From: an uncultured virus (IMG/VR IMGVR_UViG_3300013004_000029)
Lineage: Duplodnaviria; Heunggongvirae; Uroviricota; Caudoviricetes
DNA: 64,000 nucleotides
Virus record (IMG/VR): IMGVR_UViG_3300013004_000029
Direction: 5' to 3' (one strand)
Positions within the stretch are counted from its first letter, which is position 1, and each line of letters opens with the position of its first letter. The notes beneath the pieces are model-generated. The model was not told the origin of the DNA, searched no databases, and worked only from the letters and a program-made list of their open reading frames with translations. Positions 44,282 to 54,398 of this stretch are shown piece by piece. The translations under genes and the position numbers were made by a program.

Positions 44282-45685
44282 TTATACTGAAGGGCTTGGC
44301 GTTGGAGTTGGTGTAGGTGTTGCACAAGGGTTGTCTGGACACCCTATTATATATGTCCATGAAGTTCCTTCATCTAGACCTATAACAGTTACAGTAATAC
44401 TATTAACACCTGAAGGTTTACAGAAGGTTAAGGTTCCACTACCCGAAACAGAACCAGTGTCGATGAATGTTTGTCCTCCTCCTTCAACCTGTACACTAAA
44501 TGAATCAGGTATGGTATATGCATCGTATGAAAATACTACTTGTCCTTGATTAGATGGCATATAATAATGATTTATAGTAGTTCCATAGCCTCCACTTGTG
44601 GCCTGTGTTCCACAAGATAATGGGGTGGATGTTGATGGAGTAACTGTTGGAGTTGCCGAAGCTGTTAATGTAGGAGTATTAGGTGGTGTAGCGCTCGGTG
44701 TTGGTGTTGGTGTTCTGGTTGGGGTTAATGTTGGAGTATTCGTTGGTGTTGGTGTTGGTGCAACGTCCGTCATTGTTAGTATAAGATTCCAAGATTCTAA
44801 ATATCCACTTACTGGAACATCATCGTCTAGTATAATTAATGACCAGTTTCCTACGGGAATAGTTCCAATAAGTCCTTGAAGTGACGATTCTAAAGTTTCG
44901 TTTTCAAACTTAATGATATCTGTTTTATCTAAAATATTAGTATATCCAAAATTATTTACATTATATAAGTATGTGCTCTGTGTGGCTTTGTTGGAAAAGG
45001 TAAAATTAAAATTGGGTCTATTATTTTGTATTTTATTATGTCCAGCTAATAATATTTTATTTCCACTCGGTGGCTGTAATAAAATTCTTAAGTCTTGAGG
45101 AGATGAATGATTCAGATTATTTAATGCTACCTCTATATTCTCTATGGTTCCAGAGTCATATACATTAATAGTGCTGACTCCAGAGCTATTATCCAGAATA
45201 TTGATTTGGCTACCGGTATATGAATATGCAAATGGATCCAATATGCGTGAATCGCAACAGAGATCTTCACAATCATTGTCGGGTAATTGTACTTTACAAA
45301 GTTCTAGGGGAACTTCAACAGGAACATTCTTTTGTACAATAGTTATTGTTCCATATGCTATACGTTCTAATGTATATCCGCTACCGACATATTGTTCGTT
45401 TGGATGCTGTAGTTCTAAGTCATAAACAGCATTTGCAAAATTATAGAGTTGAGTAGTTTTAGCTGGTATTTTTAATAATACATATCCATTATGGCTAGTT
45501 AAACTATAATTAGGACTTTTTTCGCAATTACTGAATGAGTATATCTCTCCAGTATTTGTTTTCCATCTTAAAAAAACAGCATAGTTAGTAATATTAATAT
45601 TATTTAGATTAGCATCCAAATACTTAAATACCACCTCTAATGCTGAACCATTTTCTATAGAAAAATCATATAATGCTGCTGCCAT
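44282..45685 (-). CDS. Virion protein: BppU-like N-terminal domain, proprotein-convertase P-domain, PT linker, small C-terminal beta domain
   Basis: YDFSIENG...AVYDLEL...GTITI; IENIEVALNNLNHSSPQDLRILLQPPSG...GNWSLIILDD...SGYLESWNL (P-domain signature). Confidence 0.7.
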   Translation of the reverse strand: MAAALYDFSIENGSALEVVFKYLDANLNNINITNYAVFLRWKTNTGEIYSFSNCEKSPNYSLTSHNGYVLLKIPAKTTQLYNFANAVYDLELQHPNEQYVGSGYTLERIAYGTITIVQKNVPVEVPLELCKVQLPDNDCEDLCCDSRILDPFAYSYTGSQINILDNSSGVSTINVYDSGTIENIEVALNNLNHSSPQDLRILLQPPSGNKILLAGHNKIQNNRPNFNFTFSNKATQSTYLYNVNNFGYTNILDKTDIIKFENETLESSLQGLIGTIPVGNWSLIILDDDVPVSGYLESWNLILTMTDVAPTPTPTNTPTLTPTRTPTPTPSATPPNTPTLTASATPTVTPSTSTPLSCGTQATSGGYGTTINHYYMPSNQGQVVFSYDAYTIPDSFSVQVEGGGQTFIDTGSVSGSGTLTFCKPSGVNSITVTVIGLDEGTSWTYIIGCPDNPCATPTPTPTPSPSV

Positions 45686-45703
45686 AAAATTCCTAATTTA
45701 GTT

Positions 45704-46222
45704 TTATGAGTATAAGTCTCTGCTTCTATCTTCGTTGTAGGGCAACATAAATGGATCAAATTTATTACCAACGAATGGACTAAGAATAGCTCTAACTGCA
45801 CTAGCATTAGAAACGTCCCAGTGCTCTGTAAATTCTTGATAAAGTTGACATGGGCCATGTTCTAGAATTTCTTTCCATCCGGCCAAACTTCCGGCAGTAG
45901 ATATTTGTGCTGGTCCAAGGCTAGCCCTAATACCTTCCAATGCAGCTTTTGTCCTAAAGTTACTTTGATCTATAATACAAGCCGTTTTTAAACTTAGCAA
46001 ACTAATAAAAATAGTATCATTGTCTATAGTAGGATCAGGACTAATGATATCGTTTACAACATCAACTTCATAGGAATGATCCAAAACCACATCAAATTGA
46101 ACATAAGTGGCGGCGGTTGCTGCTACGTGTTGTATCCTTTGATCTGTATACCTATAATTTTCGGGGTCTGTATCATTAATCATTACTCTAACAATAGCCG
46201 TTATAGTATCTTGCCAAGCCAT
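45704..46222 (-). CDS. Head-tail adaptor protein (putative)
   Basis: First gene after the MCP; VRVMINDTD...YTDQRI N-terminal adaptor-type motif. Confidence 0.6.
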   Translation of the reverse strand: MAWQDTITAIVRVMINDTDPENYRYTDQRIQHVAATAATYVQFDVVLDHSYEVDVVNDIISPDPTIDNDTIFISLLSLKTACIIDQSNFRTKAALEGIRASLGPAQISTAGSLAGWKEILEHGPCQLYQEFTEHWDVSNASAVRAILSPFVGNKFDPFMLPYNEDRSRDLYS

Positions 46223-46281
46223 GAGATTCGTTCCTATTAAGGTGAGTAAGAGTATCTCTTTAGGATTTTATACACCTTTAT

Positions 46282-46317
46282 AAAAAAAAGTAGGGCCAGC
46301 GGTTTACGCCAGCCCTA
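46282..46317 (-). terminator. Intrinsic terminator after the major capsid gene
   Basis: Minus strand TAGGGCTGGCG-TAAAC-CGCTGGCCCTA followed by CTTTTTTTT. Confidence 0.8.
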
Positions 46318-46354
46318 ACTTTCATCGGTGAACCTACTTATTTAGTTGACACTA

Positions 46355-47380
46355 TTATAGAGCGCCAAGTAGAACTCTACGATTGTCTAGAACAGCAAAG
46401 CCCTGTTCTGCCCAGCCATAGAAACCAGCTCTCTTTTGACGATGTAGTGTATCGTCTTCGAAGATTTGAACTTCTTCACGAACTGGCATAATAAACGAAT
46501 CGCTCTTGCGCAAGTCAAGACCGACAACAATTTCAACCTTGTCGTCAGCGGCACCGTTATCGGGCAATGTGCCATTGAGAGTGTTGCTATAGAATAGCTG
46601 ATACTCTTGACCAACGCCGAGTTCATCAAGATCATGTAGGTTAACACCAAAGATTCTGTTGATGGCACCATCAGCAGCGGTGTAGATTTCACGACGAGTG
46701 ATATCGTCAACTAAATCTAGACCCCAATTACGAATGTCTTCCATACTTTCTGGAGAGACATAGAGATCGGTGAGGATACCACGGTTATTACTAGCCGAGT
46801 TACCGCCGCCGTTTCTACGCATAACTGTCTTCATGAGACTTACTAATCTCTTTGTAAACTGACCAGCTGATGCATCGCTATCATAGACAACGATGTTACG
46901 ATCAACGCCAGCAGCAAGAATGGTGTGCCAGCCGTCATCGTTCATCTTCTTAACAAATTGACCTTCTAGAACTTCCATAGCACGACCAACTACGTCCCAA
47001 CGAGCATCACGGGCATACTTGAGTAGCCAGTCGATACTAGCGCCGATGTCATAGGTTGGTACCATGACGTAATCGCCTTCAACATGGCGTTCTGGAATAT
47101 AGCCATGATTTGGGATTGTATAAGCTACGAAGTCTTTTTCTGTGCCTGGGGACAGAAAATCAAGTGGAAACTCTGGAGTAGCACTTTGAGCTAGTCTGAT
47201 TGGTTCAAAAATACCGTCTAGGATGTTGCCGCTTAATAGGGCTTGTCTTAGTGGTAATTCTAGAGCCTTAGCAAACTCGTGGGTTGCTGCTAAAGAAGTT
47301 TCTCTATTCATCGAGCCGGAACGAACTAAAAGATCAGTTAGTTCCGAAGTGGGCTGAAAAGTTTTATTGTTGCCTGCCAT
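46355..47380 (-). CDS. Major capsid protein (HK97-fold, putative)
   Basis: 341 aa; follows protease and cement genes; C-terminal RAGFYGWAEQGFAVLDNRRVL; strong RBS, terminator, C-ending codon bias. Confidence 0.8.
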   Translation of the reverse strand: MAGNNKTFQPTSELTDLLVRSGSMNRETSLAATHEFAKALELPLRQALLSGNILDGIFEPIRLAQSATPEFPLDFLSPGTEKDFVAYTIPNHGYIPERHVEGDYVMVPTYDIGASIDWLLKYARDARWDVVGRAMEVLEGQFVKKMNDDGWHTILAAGVDRNIVVYDSDASAGQFTKRLVSLMKTVMRRNGGGNSASNNRGILTDLYVSPESMEDIRNWGLDLVDDITRREIYTAADGAINRIFGVNLHDLDELGVGQEYQLFYSNTLNGTLPDNGAADDKVEIVVGLDLRKSDSFIMPVREEVQIFEDDTLHRQKRAGFYGWAEQGFAVLDNRRVLLGAL

Positions 47381-47408
47381 TGTTTATTCTCCCTGTTTGA
47401 AAAATGAA

Positions 47409-47864
47409 TTATAGATTTACTGATACTTTAGCGTAACCGTTGGAATCTACTGCACTGAGGAATTGACCAATCTTAACTGCTCCAGCAGCTTGTGTTGTGC
47501 TGATATAGCCACTGTTAGCTACATAAGCATCAGCGCCTGCCGATGGTGTGCCAGCTACGAGGTTTGTGGTAACCTGTCCCTGACGCAATAGTGTTACTTT
47601 GCCTCCAACTTGTACTTCGTCTTTGTGCCAATTGATGTGCTGTCTTGTTAGATCAAGGTCAACAACATCATTGAGTAGAATACCAACTGGCTTGGCTCCA
47701 GATGCATTTGCGGCATAAGCAACAACAGCATTGGCATCATCCATAGATACGCCAACACCACTGCTAGTAACCACAACTGAAGCAACGCCACCACGAGTAG
47801 CGGTAGTATTCATGAAAAAAGAAACGTCTGATAGAAGTTCGATACGATCTGGTTTTAGAGCCAT
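47409..47864 (-). CDS. Capsid cement/decoration protein
   Basis: 151 aa, Gly/Ala/Val-rich (PVGILLNDV, KIGQFLS), directly upstream of the MCP. Confidence 0.65.
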   Translation of the reverse strand: MALKPDRIELLSDVSFFMNTTATRGGVASVVVTSSGVGVSMDDANAVVAYAANASGAKPVGILLNDVVDLDLTRQHINWHKDEVQVGGKVTLLRQGQVTTNLVAGTPSAGADAYVANSGYISTTQAAGAVKIGQFLSAVDSNGYAKVSVNL

Positions 47865-47886
47865 TGTATAATCTCCGATAAAAGGG

Positions 47887-49395
47887 TTATTTGGATATGC
47901 CTAATCTGCTAGTTACAAAATCTACTAGAGCTGCGCGAGCTGATGATACAGTATTTTCAACATCATCTTGACCAACTGATAAATTGACATTTTCTTCAAG
48001 TTCGGCAGTCTCTAGAACAGCAGGATCAGCTGTTGTTTCTGAAGCCTTCTTCTTAGCTTTTTCTTCTGTATCATCTTCTTCTTTCTTATCTTTTAGCCAT
48101 GGTGGCATTTTGCCTGCTAGCGACACAATGGCTTCAAAAGCTTCATCGTCTACAGATTCGAATTTTTCTACTGTTGATAAAGCAAGCTCGCCATCGACAC
48201 CCTTGTCTGTTAGTTGAGCTACTCTCTTCATCTTCTTTTCTTTCTTCATGGCTTCTTCTTCTGCTTTCTTATAGCCAGCGATAGCTTCTAAAGCAGCATC
48301 AAGATCAGCCTTCATCTTTTTGACTTCTTCGTCCTTCTTGGACATTTCAGTCTTAACCTTGGCTAATGATTCGTTAAGATCAGAAATAGTTTTGTCATGT
48401 TCAGCTTTGAGCTGTTCTATTTCTGTATCCTTAGCCTTAATAGAATTTTGTAGTTCGTCCACATTGGTAGAAGCTACTTCAGTTACAGTTACTTCTTCCA
48501 CTGGATTAATTGTTTGTGCCTCTGTTGCTGGTACAACTTCTGCAACCGATGTTTCTTCTTTCATTGTACTATTCTCCACTTGATTAAGGTTGGACTCTTG
48601 TTTAGATACACCTGATATTACAAAATCGTCTTTTTTTTCCAAATTAATATTTTCATTTTTATTCAATAGATTGTCTTTAGTAAAAATTACACTGTCTGGA
48701 TTTGCTGGTTTATCAACAAACCCCTTGCCAGAAAAGGTAATATTTCTAAGAACACGACCTATTTTATAGTTATCGTGCTCTCCCATTCCGCCGTATGCTC
48801 TAAGATATTTTGTTAAATAAGCGGTAGCTTCATTTCTGGATAAAACTTTATATTCTCCAGTTGTTTTATTTAAGAGACCATAATCAAATCCCTTAAAAAA
48901 GCATTCCATGCTAACATACTTAGTACCATCTTCTATTTCTGCTATTAATTTATCTGCTCTATTTTTTAGTTCAGGAATTGTATAACCTTTATAGATTACA
49001 GAGCCTGTTAAAATATGATATGTATTTGGTAAATTTTCTACTGGGGTATTATCGTCAATTAATACTCCTTCGGTTGTAACAGGCCAATTTGATGTTATAT
49101 GTCCGACTATATCGCCTTCATTATGTTCTAGATTTGTGGGCTTATCTTCTGGAGTGCTTTTGGCTTGCCATACTTCTGCTTTATCAAAAATATCGTCATT
49201 CTTATTCCAGTTTGATGTCACAAGAATAGATTGGACATAATATAAATCAGAATCATTTACAGAAGCCAAACTCTTGATATGCTTAGTTTGACTAGATGTT
49301 GAGCATGGTTCTACATATGATGCATAGGATATTGAGGCTGATGCCTTGATAGTCTCTTCTAGGCCATCTAGTTTTTCTTGTTCAAATATTTTCAT
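47887..49395 (-). CDS. Prohead protease-scaffold fusion (putative)
   Basis: NKNDDIF, KPTNLEH...IVGHI, VSMEC, FSGKGFVDKPANPDSVI followed by an acidic coiled coil; lies between portal and MCP. Confidence 0.75.
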   Translation of the reverse strand: MKIFEQEKLDGLEETIKASASISYASYVEPCSTSSQTKHIKSLASVNDSDLYYVQSILVTSNWNKNDDIFDKAEVWQAKSTPEDKPTNLEHNEGDIVGHITSNWPVTTEGVLIDDNTPVENLPNTYHILTGSVIYKGYTIPELKNRADKLIAEIEDGTKYVSMECFFKGFDYGLLNKTTGEYKVLSRNEATAYLTKYLRAYGGMGEHDNYKIGRVLRNITFSGKGFVDKPANPDSVIFTKDNLLNKNENINLEKKDDFVISGVSKQESNLNQVENSTMKEETSVAEVVPATEAQTINPVEEVTVTEVASTNVDELQNSIKAKDTEIEQLKAEHDKTISDLNESLAKVKTEMSKKDEEVKKMKADLDAALEAIAGYKKAEEEAMKKEKKMKRVAQLTDKGVDGELALSTVEKFESVDDEAFEAIVSLAGKMPPWLKDKKEEDDTEEKAKKKASETTADPAVLETAELEENVNLSVGQDDVENTVSSARAALVDFVTSRLGISK

Positions 49396-49407
49396 GTATG
49401 ATCTCCA

Positions 49408-51600
49408 TTATTCTGTATATAGGTATGAATAAAATGAAGCTTTAGCCTGTTTTTGTTCTTCTACCGTTAATGTTTTGTCTAATTGTGCAGATAATCCTTT
49501 GAGCCAATTATTATACCCCAGAAATAATGTTTTCTGCTCTTCTTTGTTTATCTCGCCAAATACTTTCATGATATTATCTTTATCTATTGTTGAAAATGGT
49601 TTGGTGGCAAATAGTATTTTTGACTTGGTTTCCTCTAATTCCTTAGACTCTTCGCTAGATAATGATCTTAGGTTTTTCTTCTTATAGAAATCTAATAATA
49701 TAGGATTTATTATTTCACTTATTTTTTCTTGTGCATCATTCGCCCAAACCATAAGGGTTGCCCCTGTTTGGGGTTTAAAGACTTTTGTTTTGCGTGGCGA
49801 AGAATCTTTAGAAGTCTTGGGGCGACCTTGACCCGGTACTCCTGGCAAAGATTCTGGCGAATCTTTTGCCAACTGCGTTGGGTTAGCATTAGGCATTTGA
49901 GAGGTCTTCATTTCTAACGCTGTTTTCTCTCCACTTTTCTTTTTGTCCAACTCCAACCCCACTTGACTGGGTGTTACGGTTCCTCCTTGGAGAGCTATTT
50001 TCTTTAGAGCATTTTCTAGTTGTGGATCATGCCATGGGCCAGATTTTCTTACCATTCTATTACTATTCCTATCTCTTGTTTCCCTATTAAGTCTGGTTCT
50101 TTCCATATCTGGATCAAAGCCAAATCTATTTTGTAGCATTTCGTCTGAGATTAGATTTCTATCTGCTAATTGAATTAATAATGCCTTTTCACTATCTTCA
50201 TTACTTAGATCCATTCTATCAAATTCTATTTTAGCTGAGTATTTAAAACCCATTGCTTTTTGAACAAGGGCCATTTCTTGTTCCCAGAAATTGATTATAA
50301 CATCTCTTCCGTATTGGAGTCTTTGAGTAAGAGTTTTTAGACTGATGAAATTGTTTGTGGTTCCAGCCGCACCGAATGTTCCTGTTAGGGTTGGAGGAAT
50401 ACCAAGACCAGCATAAACACTGTTTAAATGTGGAATGTATTTACCTTCTCCAAGAAATTGATGTACTGTAGTTTTGGATTCTATTAACTCAATATCTGGA
50501 CCCCACACAAGATCCATTGTACCACCACCAACATTGTTACCTAAAATTTGTGCTAATTTAGCGGTGGCTGCTTTTGTTGGGGCGATCTTATGTTCTAGAT
50601 TTCCTAGTTTAAAAATTCTGATATTAGAGATAGCACCGTCTAGTGCTGCCATATCTGCTAATTTAAGCTTTTCTATAACAATGATATCATCCATAATGGC
50701 ATAAATCATTGGGAAAGCCCATGCTTGCCAATCGTCTTTTTTGTAGTGATATACAATAGTTTTATTTGGATCTAATAAATAGGGTTTTCTATTTTTAGCT
50801 GCTTCTATAATTTCTGTTGGTAAAGATTCAACAATTTTCTTTTCTGCTTCAGTTTTGGGACTATTAATAATTTTTCTAAGATTACCCGGTAAACTAATCT
50901 GATATGTTTTATTGGCTACGAAAGAAGCTAGTGCTCCACCAGAAACATCAACATAATAAGGATCTATGAAAGTATATTTCCAGGGAACTTCTCTTTTTTC
51001 TAATTTGATTTGATCTGGGTCTTGTACGATAAGATCTGGACTAGAAACAGCTTTATACAAATTATCTGCAACTTTAACGCTTAATTTTGCTGTTTGTCTA
51101 TTAACAACAATATTTCCTGTTTTATATAAGTTATTAAGAAATCTTTCGCTACGTTCTTTACCATTGATTTTTTTAAACCATTGCTTATAGAATCTTTCTA
51201 TTCTTTTGTTTTTGTGAACTGGTCGGATTCCTTGAACCGCAAAATCCGCCATAAGATCAATAACATTTTTTACCAAACCAACTCTTTGATAGATATCTTC
51301 AGCTTTTTTAATTACATTTTTTACTTGAGAAGGAACTTCTTCGTCTGGTCTAAAATAGTAGTAGTCGGCTCTTGTTAATCCGGGTCTGCCACCAGTATTT
51401 GTGTCTAGATTAGAATAGTCTAAGCGATATCTTCTTGAACCTTCAGCCTTTTGTATACCTATAAATTCTTCAAGAGAATCTGAGGATTTATTAAGAGCTT
51501 CCTGTTTGCTGTTAAGGTCATCTCCCCATGTTACATATGCTTCAGCTTTTTCTGTACTAGCATTTTGAACACTTTCGCTTTTTGGATATTTTTTGCTCAT
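49408..51600 (-). CDS. Portal protein
   Basis: 730 aa directly after TerL; LVKNVIDLMADF, AGLGIPPTL, IEFDRMDL, GRP tail motif. Confidence 0.75.
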   Translation of the reverse strand: MSKKYPKSESVQNASTEKAEAYVTWGDDLNSKQEALNKSSDSLEEFIGIQKAEGSRRYRLDYSNLDTNTGGRPGLTRADYYYFRPDEEVPSQVKNVIKKAEDIYQRVGLVKNVIDLMADFAVQGIRPVHKNKRIERFYKQWFKKINGKERSERFLNNLYKTGNIVVNRQTAKLSVKVADNLYKAVSSPDLIVQDPDQIKLEKREVPWKYTFIDPYYVDVSGGALASFVANKTYQISLPGNLRKIINSPKTEAEKKIVESLPTEIIEAAKNRKPYLLDPNKTIVYHYKKDDWQAWAFPMIYAIMDDIIVIEKLKLADMAALDGAISNIRIFKLGNLEHKIAPTKAATAKLAQILGNNVGGGTMDLVWGPDIELIESKTTVHQFLGEGKYIPHLNSVYAGLGIPPTLTGTFGAAGTTNNFISLKTLTQRLQYGRDVIINFWEQEMALVQKAMGFKYSAKIEFDRMDLSNEDSEKALLIQLADRNLISDEMLQNRFGFDPDMERTRLNRETRDRNSNRMVRKSGPWHDPQLENALKKIALQGGTVTPSQVGLELDKKKSGEKTALEMKTSQMPNANPTQLAKDSPESLPGVPGQGRPKTSKDSSPRKTKVFKPQTGATLMVWANDAQEKISEIINPILLDFYKKKNLRSLSSEESKELEETKSKILFATKPFSTIDKDNIMKVFGEINKEEQKTLFLGYNNWLKGLSAQLDKTLTVEEQKQAKASFYSYLYTE

Positions 51601-51651
51601 ATTTTCGATTCTATTGTAATGGGATTGCGATATAATTACTTGTCAATACAC

Positions 51652-53691
51652 CTATTCTCTATATATTCCTTTATATATGTCTTCGTTTACTGCGGATGTA
51701 AACCATTCTGGTCCTTTATATAGTGTTCCTTGACAATTGACTATATTCCTACGATTTTCACCTATGATATCATATTCGACTGGCTGTAAAGTTAATCGGC
51801 TTTGTCTTGCTAACATATTTGCTATTAATAATGAACTATATCGGTCTTTTCTTAATCTACCCTTTTTACCGTTTGGTAGCTTAACTTCTGGAGTATCCCA
51901 TCTATCTCTTGAATTAGGACCTGTGCTTGTTTGTGACATAACTATTGTTGTCAATTCATTTTTAAGTTCTTCTATTTCAAGAATGCATTCACTTACGCTA
52001 TCATAAATATTATGTGTTAAATCTGTTGTCATAATATCTTTACCTTCAGCATCTAATGCTAGTCCGAGAGTTAAACCATCGAACCTAGGAAATAATAGTG
52101 TTTTATCTTCTAGGTCTTTTCTTAATCCATGATTTGCTTGACTAGTCCATTCTGCCTTAGCAAACTGTACGAGTTCTATGATATGTTGTCCCGGTTGATT
52201 ATCTGTGTCTTTGGATTTATTGTAATCAATAACTGGCCATAATAGTGTTTCACCATCTTCTAGCTTGGACGGATCATGCAATGCTTCTTCGATGGCTACA
52301 CCACCACCCTGAGCATCCATACCAATACGTGAACATGGAAATGTTTTCATAAGATTTCTAATTTTTCTTGCACAAAACCCATAGAAATCATGTTCTTTAA
52401 CTAATCCTGTCTTTTGTCTTTCTTTAAAGTTATTTCTATTAGTTGTCCAACAATATACAACTCTTGAGTGATCTTGATATGCTTCTAGTATAACTATACT
52501 GAAATTATCTTGTTCACTAGCAGGATCGATTCCATAGATATATTGTTTAGATGAATTACCTGTAATCACAGCATCAAATATGATAGGATTAGAATTTATT
52601 ACTACGGGATTAGAGTCATTGACTACGCAGCTCTCAATTAAACTACGCTTAAAAAATCCATTACTATCAGACGTAAAACAAGCACCATATTCCATATTAT
52701 ATATGCCAGTATGAATAGTGGCTTTTGCTCTACTTACCTGTTTATCATCCATGAAGCCTTTTGGAATAAGCTCATATGGGATTCTAATAATGCTATAATC
52801 TTTCCAATTAAAATTAATAGGAACTTCACCTTTGAAGATTTCTTCTAATTTATGAGGATCTCCTTTGCTCTCTATAATTGCTTTATATCTATTCCAATAT
52901 TGTGCGAAATGTTTAAAGGAATAATCTGCTGTACCACTAATGATAGCTTGATTACCCATTTTTGTATTTAATGATTCTAGCTGTTCATTCCATAGCCCAG
53001 CTTCTATCATAGCTTCTCTTTTGGCTTGTTCTTTAACATTTTGTATAGGACTGGCCGAAACTGCTGCGAAGCCTGAAACAACTGTCTCATAAATATCTGG
53101 AGATATAGATGCAAATTCGTCAGCAATAATAATATGAGCGCGTAAACCTCTAATTTTACTTCCGTCGCCCATCGGCACAGCAATAGTCCAACTGTCTCCT
53201 AGTCGTATTGTACATCTATCAACGTCTCGACGAGGACCGTCATCATTACCGTTGTAGATGCTTCTAAGAATAGGACTATTTCTCCACATGGTTTCCATGT
53301 ACTCAAAGATAATCTTACTCTGTCTGAAAGCTGCACCAACGATAACTATTTTAGTTCCTGGATAAAATGTACAACGCAATAGAGAATATAAGGCTAGTAA
53401 AAATGATTTACCCCAACCACGACTAGCAATATACATTGGAAAAGCTCTAACCCAAAATTCTTGTAAAATTAATATTTGTATTGGATGTAGTTCTATATTA
53501 AATAAAAGCTTACATGTTGATCCAATATAGTCAGGACTCCTAAGTAATCTAAGCAGATGCAGGTCCGGATTTTCTATATCCTTTTCTGATCTGTGTATCA
53601 TTGGATTACGATCTATAGATAGGACAGATAAATCACCTAGTCCTAGCCAAGCATCTTCAAATATCTTTTTCTGACTTTCCTTCAAGTTCAT
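51652..53691 (-). CDS. terL: Terminase large subunit
   Basis: Walker A ASRGWGKS, IRGLRAHIIIADEF (Walker B), nuclease GIDPAS and DRYSS. Confidence 0.9.
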   Translation of the reverse strand: MNLKESQKKIFEDAWLGLGDLSVLSIDRNPMIHRSEKDIENPDLHLLRLLRSPDYIGSTCKLLFNIELHPIQILILQEFWVRAFPMYIASRGWGKSFLLALYSLLRCTFYPGTKIVIVGAAFRQSKIIFEYMETMWRNSPILRSIYNGNDDGPRRDVDRCTIRLGDSWTIAVPMGDGSKIRGLRAHIIIADEFASISPDIYETVVSGFAAVSASPIQNVKEQAKREAMIEAGLWNEQLESLNTKMGNQAIISGTADYSFKHFAQYWNRYKAIIESKGDPHKLEEIFKGEVPINFNWKDYSIIRIPYELIPKGFMDDKQVSRAKATIHTGIYNMEYGACFTSDSNGFFKRSLIESCVVNDSNPVVINSNPIIFDAVITGNSSKQYIYGIDPASEQDNFSIVILEAYQDHSRVVYCWTTNRNNFKERQKTGLVKEHDFYGFCARKIRNLMKTFPCSRIGMDAQGGGVAIEEALHDPSKLEDGETLLWPVIDYNKSKDTDNQPGQHIIELVQFAKAEWTSQANHGLRKDLEDKTLLFPRFDGLTLGLALDAEGKDIMTTDLTHNIYDSVSECILEIEELKNELTTIVMSQTSTGPNSRDRWDTPEVKLPNGKKGRLRKDRYSSLLIANMLARQSRLTLQPVEYDIIGENRRNIVNCQGTLYKGPEWFTSAVNEDIYKGIYRE

Positions 53692-54175
53692 AAACTCTTC
53701 TCATGATTGCTATTGCCATTTTTTCGGCATTTGATGGGGATCCGCAAAATAATACTTTGATATTGAAATATACCTGTAATTCTGTTAAATGTTTTAGTAT
53801 AAATGCTGGAGAGATTTTTAACTTATCCCACATTTTCTTAGGAACATTTGAACCAATAGGATATTGTAAAACATCTTCTAGATCAAACTCTAGAAGAATA
53901 AAAGGATATTTATATGTTGTCATTCTATTGATAACGTCTTTAAATCTTTTTTCTGTAATATTATTAGCTATTTCACTTACGCTTTTTTTACGTTCAATAC
54001 ATAATAAATGCTCAAAACCTTCCATAGAATAATCGCCAGTATCTAGTTTTCTAGACGCTACTTCGTGTCGTGGAAAATCCCACGGTTGCTGTTCTCTGGT
54101 ATCAACTATAATTTTGATGTTATTGTAATCTATCATTTTTCTTGTCCTGCAAAATTTTAAAAAATACAGATTCAT
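53657..54175 (-). CDS. ERCC4/XPF-family nuclease (probable start MIDYNN at about 54136)
   Basis: IIVDTREQ, LDTGDYS, IERKK signature. Confidence 0.85.
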   Translation of the reverse strand: MNLYFLKFCRTRKMIDYNNIKIIVDTREQQPWDFPRHEVASRKLDTGDYSMEGFEHLLCIERKKSVSEIANNITEKRFKDVINRMTTYKYPFILLEFDLEDVLQYPIGSNVPKKMWDKLKISPAFILKHLTELQVYFNIKVLFCGSPSNAEKMAIAIMRRVYELEGKSEKDI

Positions 54176-54398
54176 AGGAGTCTTCCATACCCTGAATCAT
54201 TTTGTGGTGTTGTTTACATAATGTTATTCCATTATTAACATCATACCTTAAGGCTGGATAATTAGCCCATGTTCTTATATGGTGAGCATTTAATTTTTTC
54301 TTATTTATACATCCTGGCCACTGACAGCAAAAACTATCTCTTGTATAAACATCTTTTCTCCATTTTTTATATATTGGATCATCATAGTTTCTAAACAT
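54120..54398 (-). CDS. HNH endonuclease
   Basis: WRKDVYTRD..CQ..GC...AHHI...NGITLCKQHH; upstream of TerL. Confidence 0.9.
   Translation of the reverse strand: MFRNYDDPIYKKWRKDVYTRDSFCCQWPGCINKKKLNAHHIRTWANYPALRYDVNNGITLCKQHHKMIQGMEDSYESVFFKILQDKKNDRLQ

Noticed and set aside
47..44879. Plus-strand Val/Gly-rich ORFs (e.g. 47..427, 7216..7563, 9913..10293, 18700..19164, 21251..21718, 44598..44879)
   Set aside because: They are antisense shadows of the minus-strand Thr/Pro tracts, not membrane proteins.
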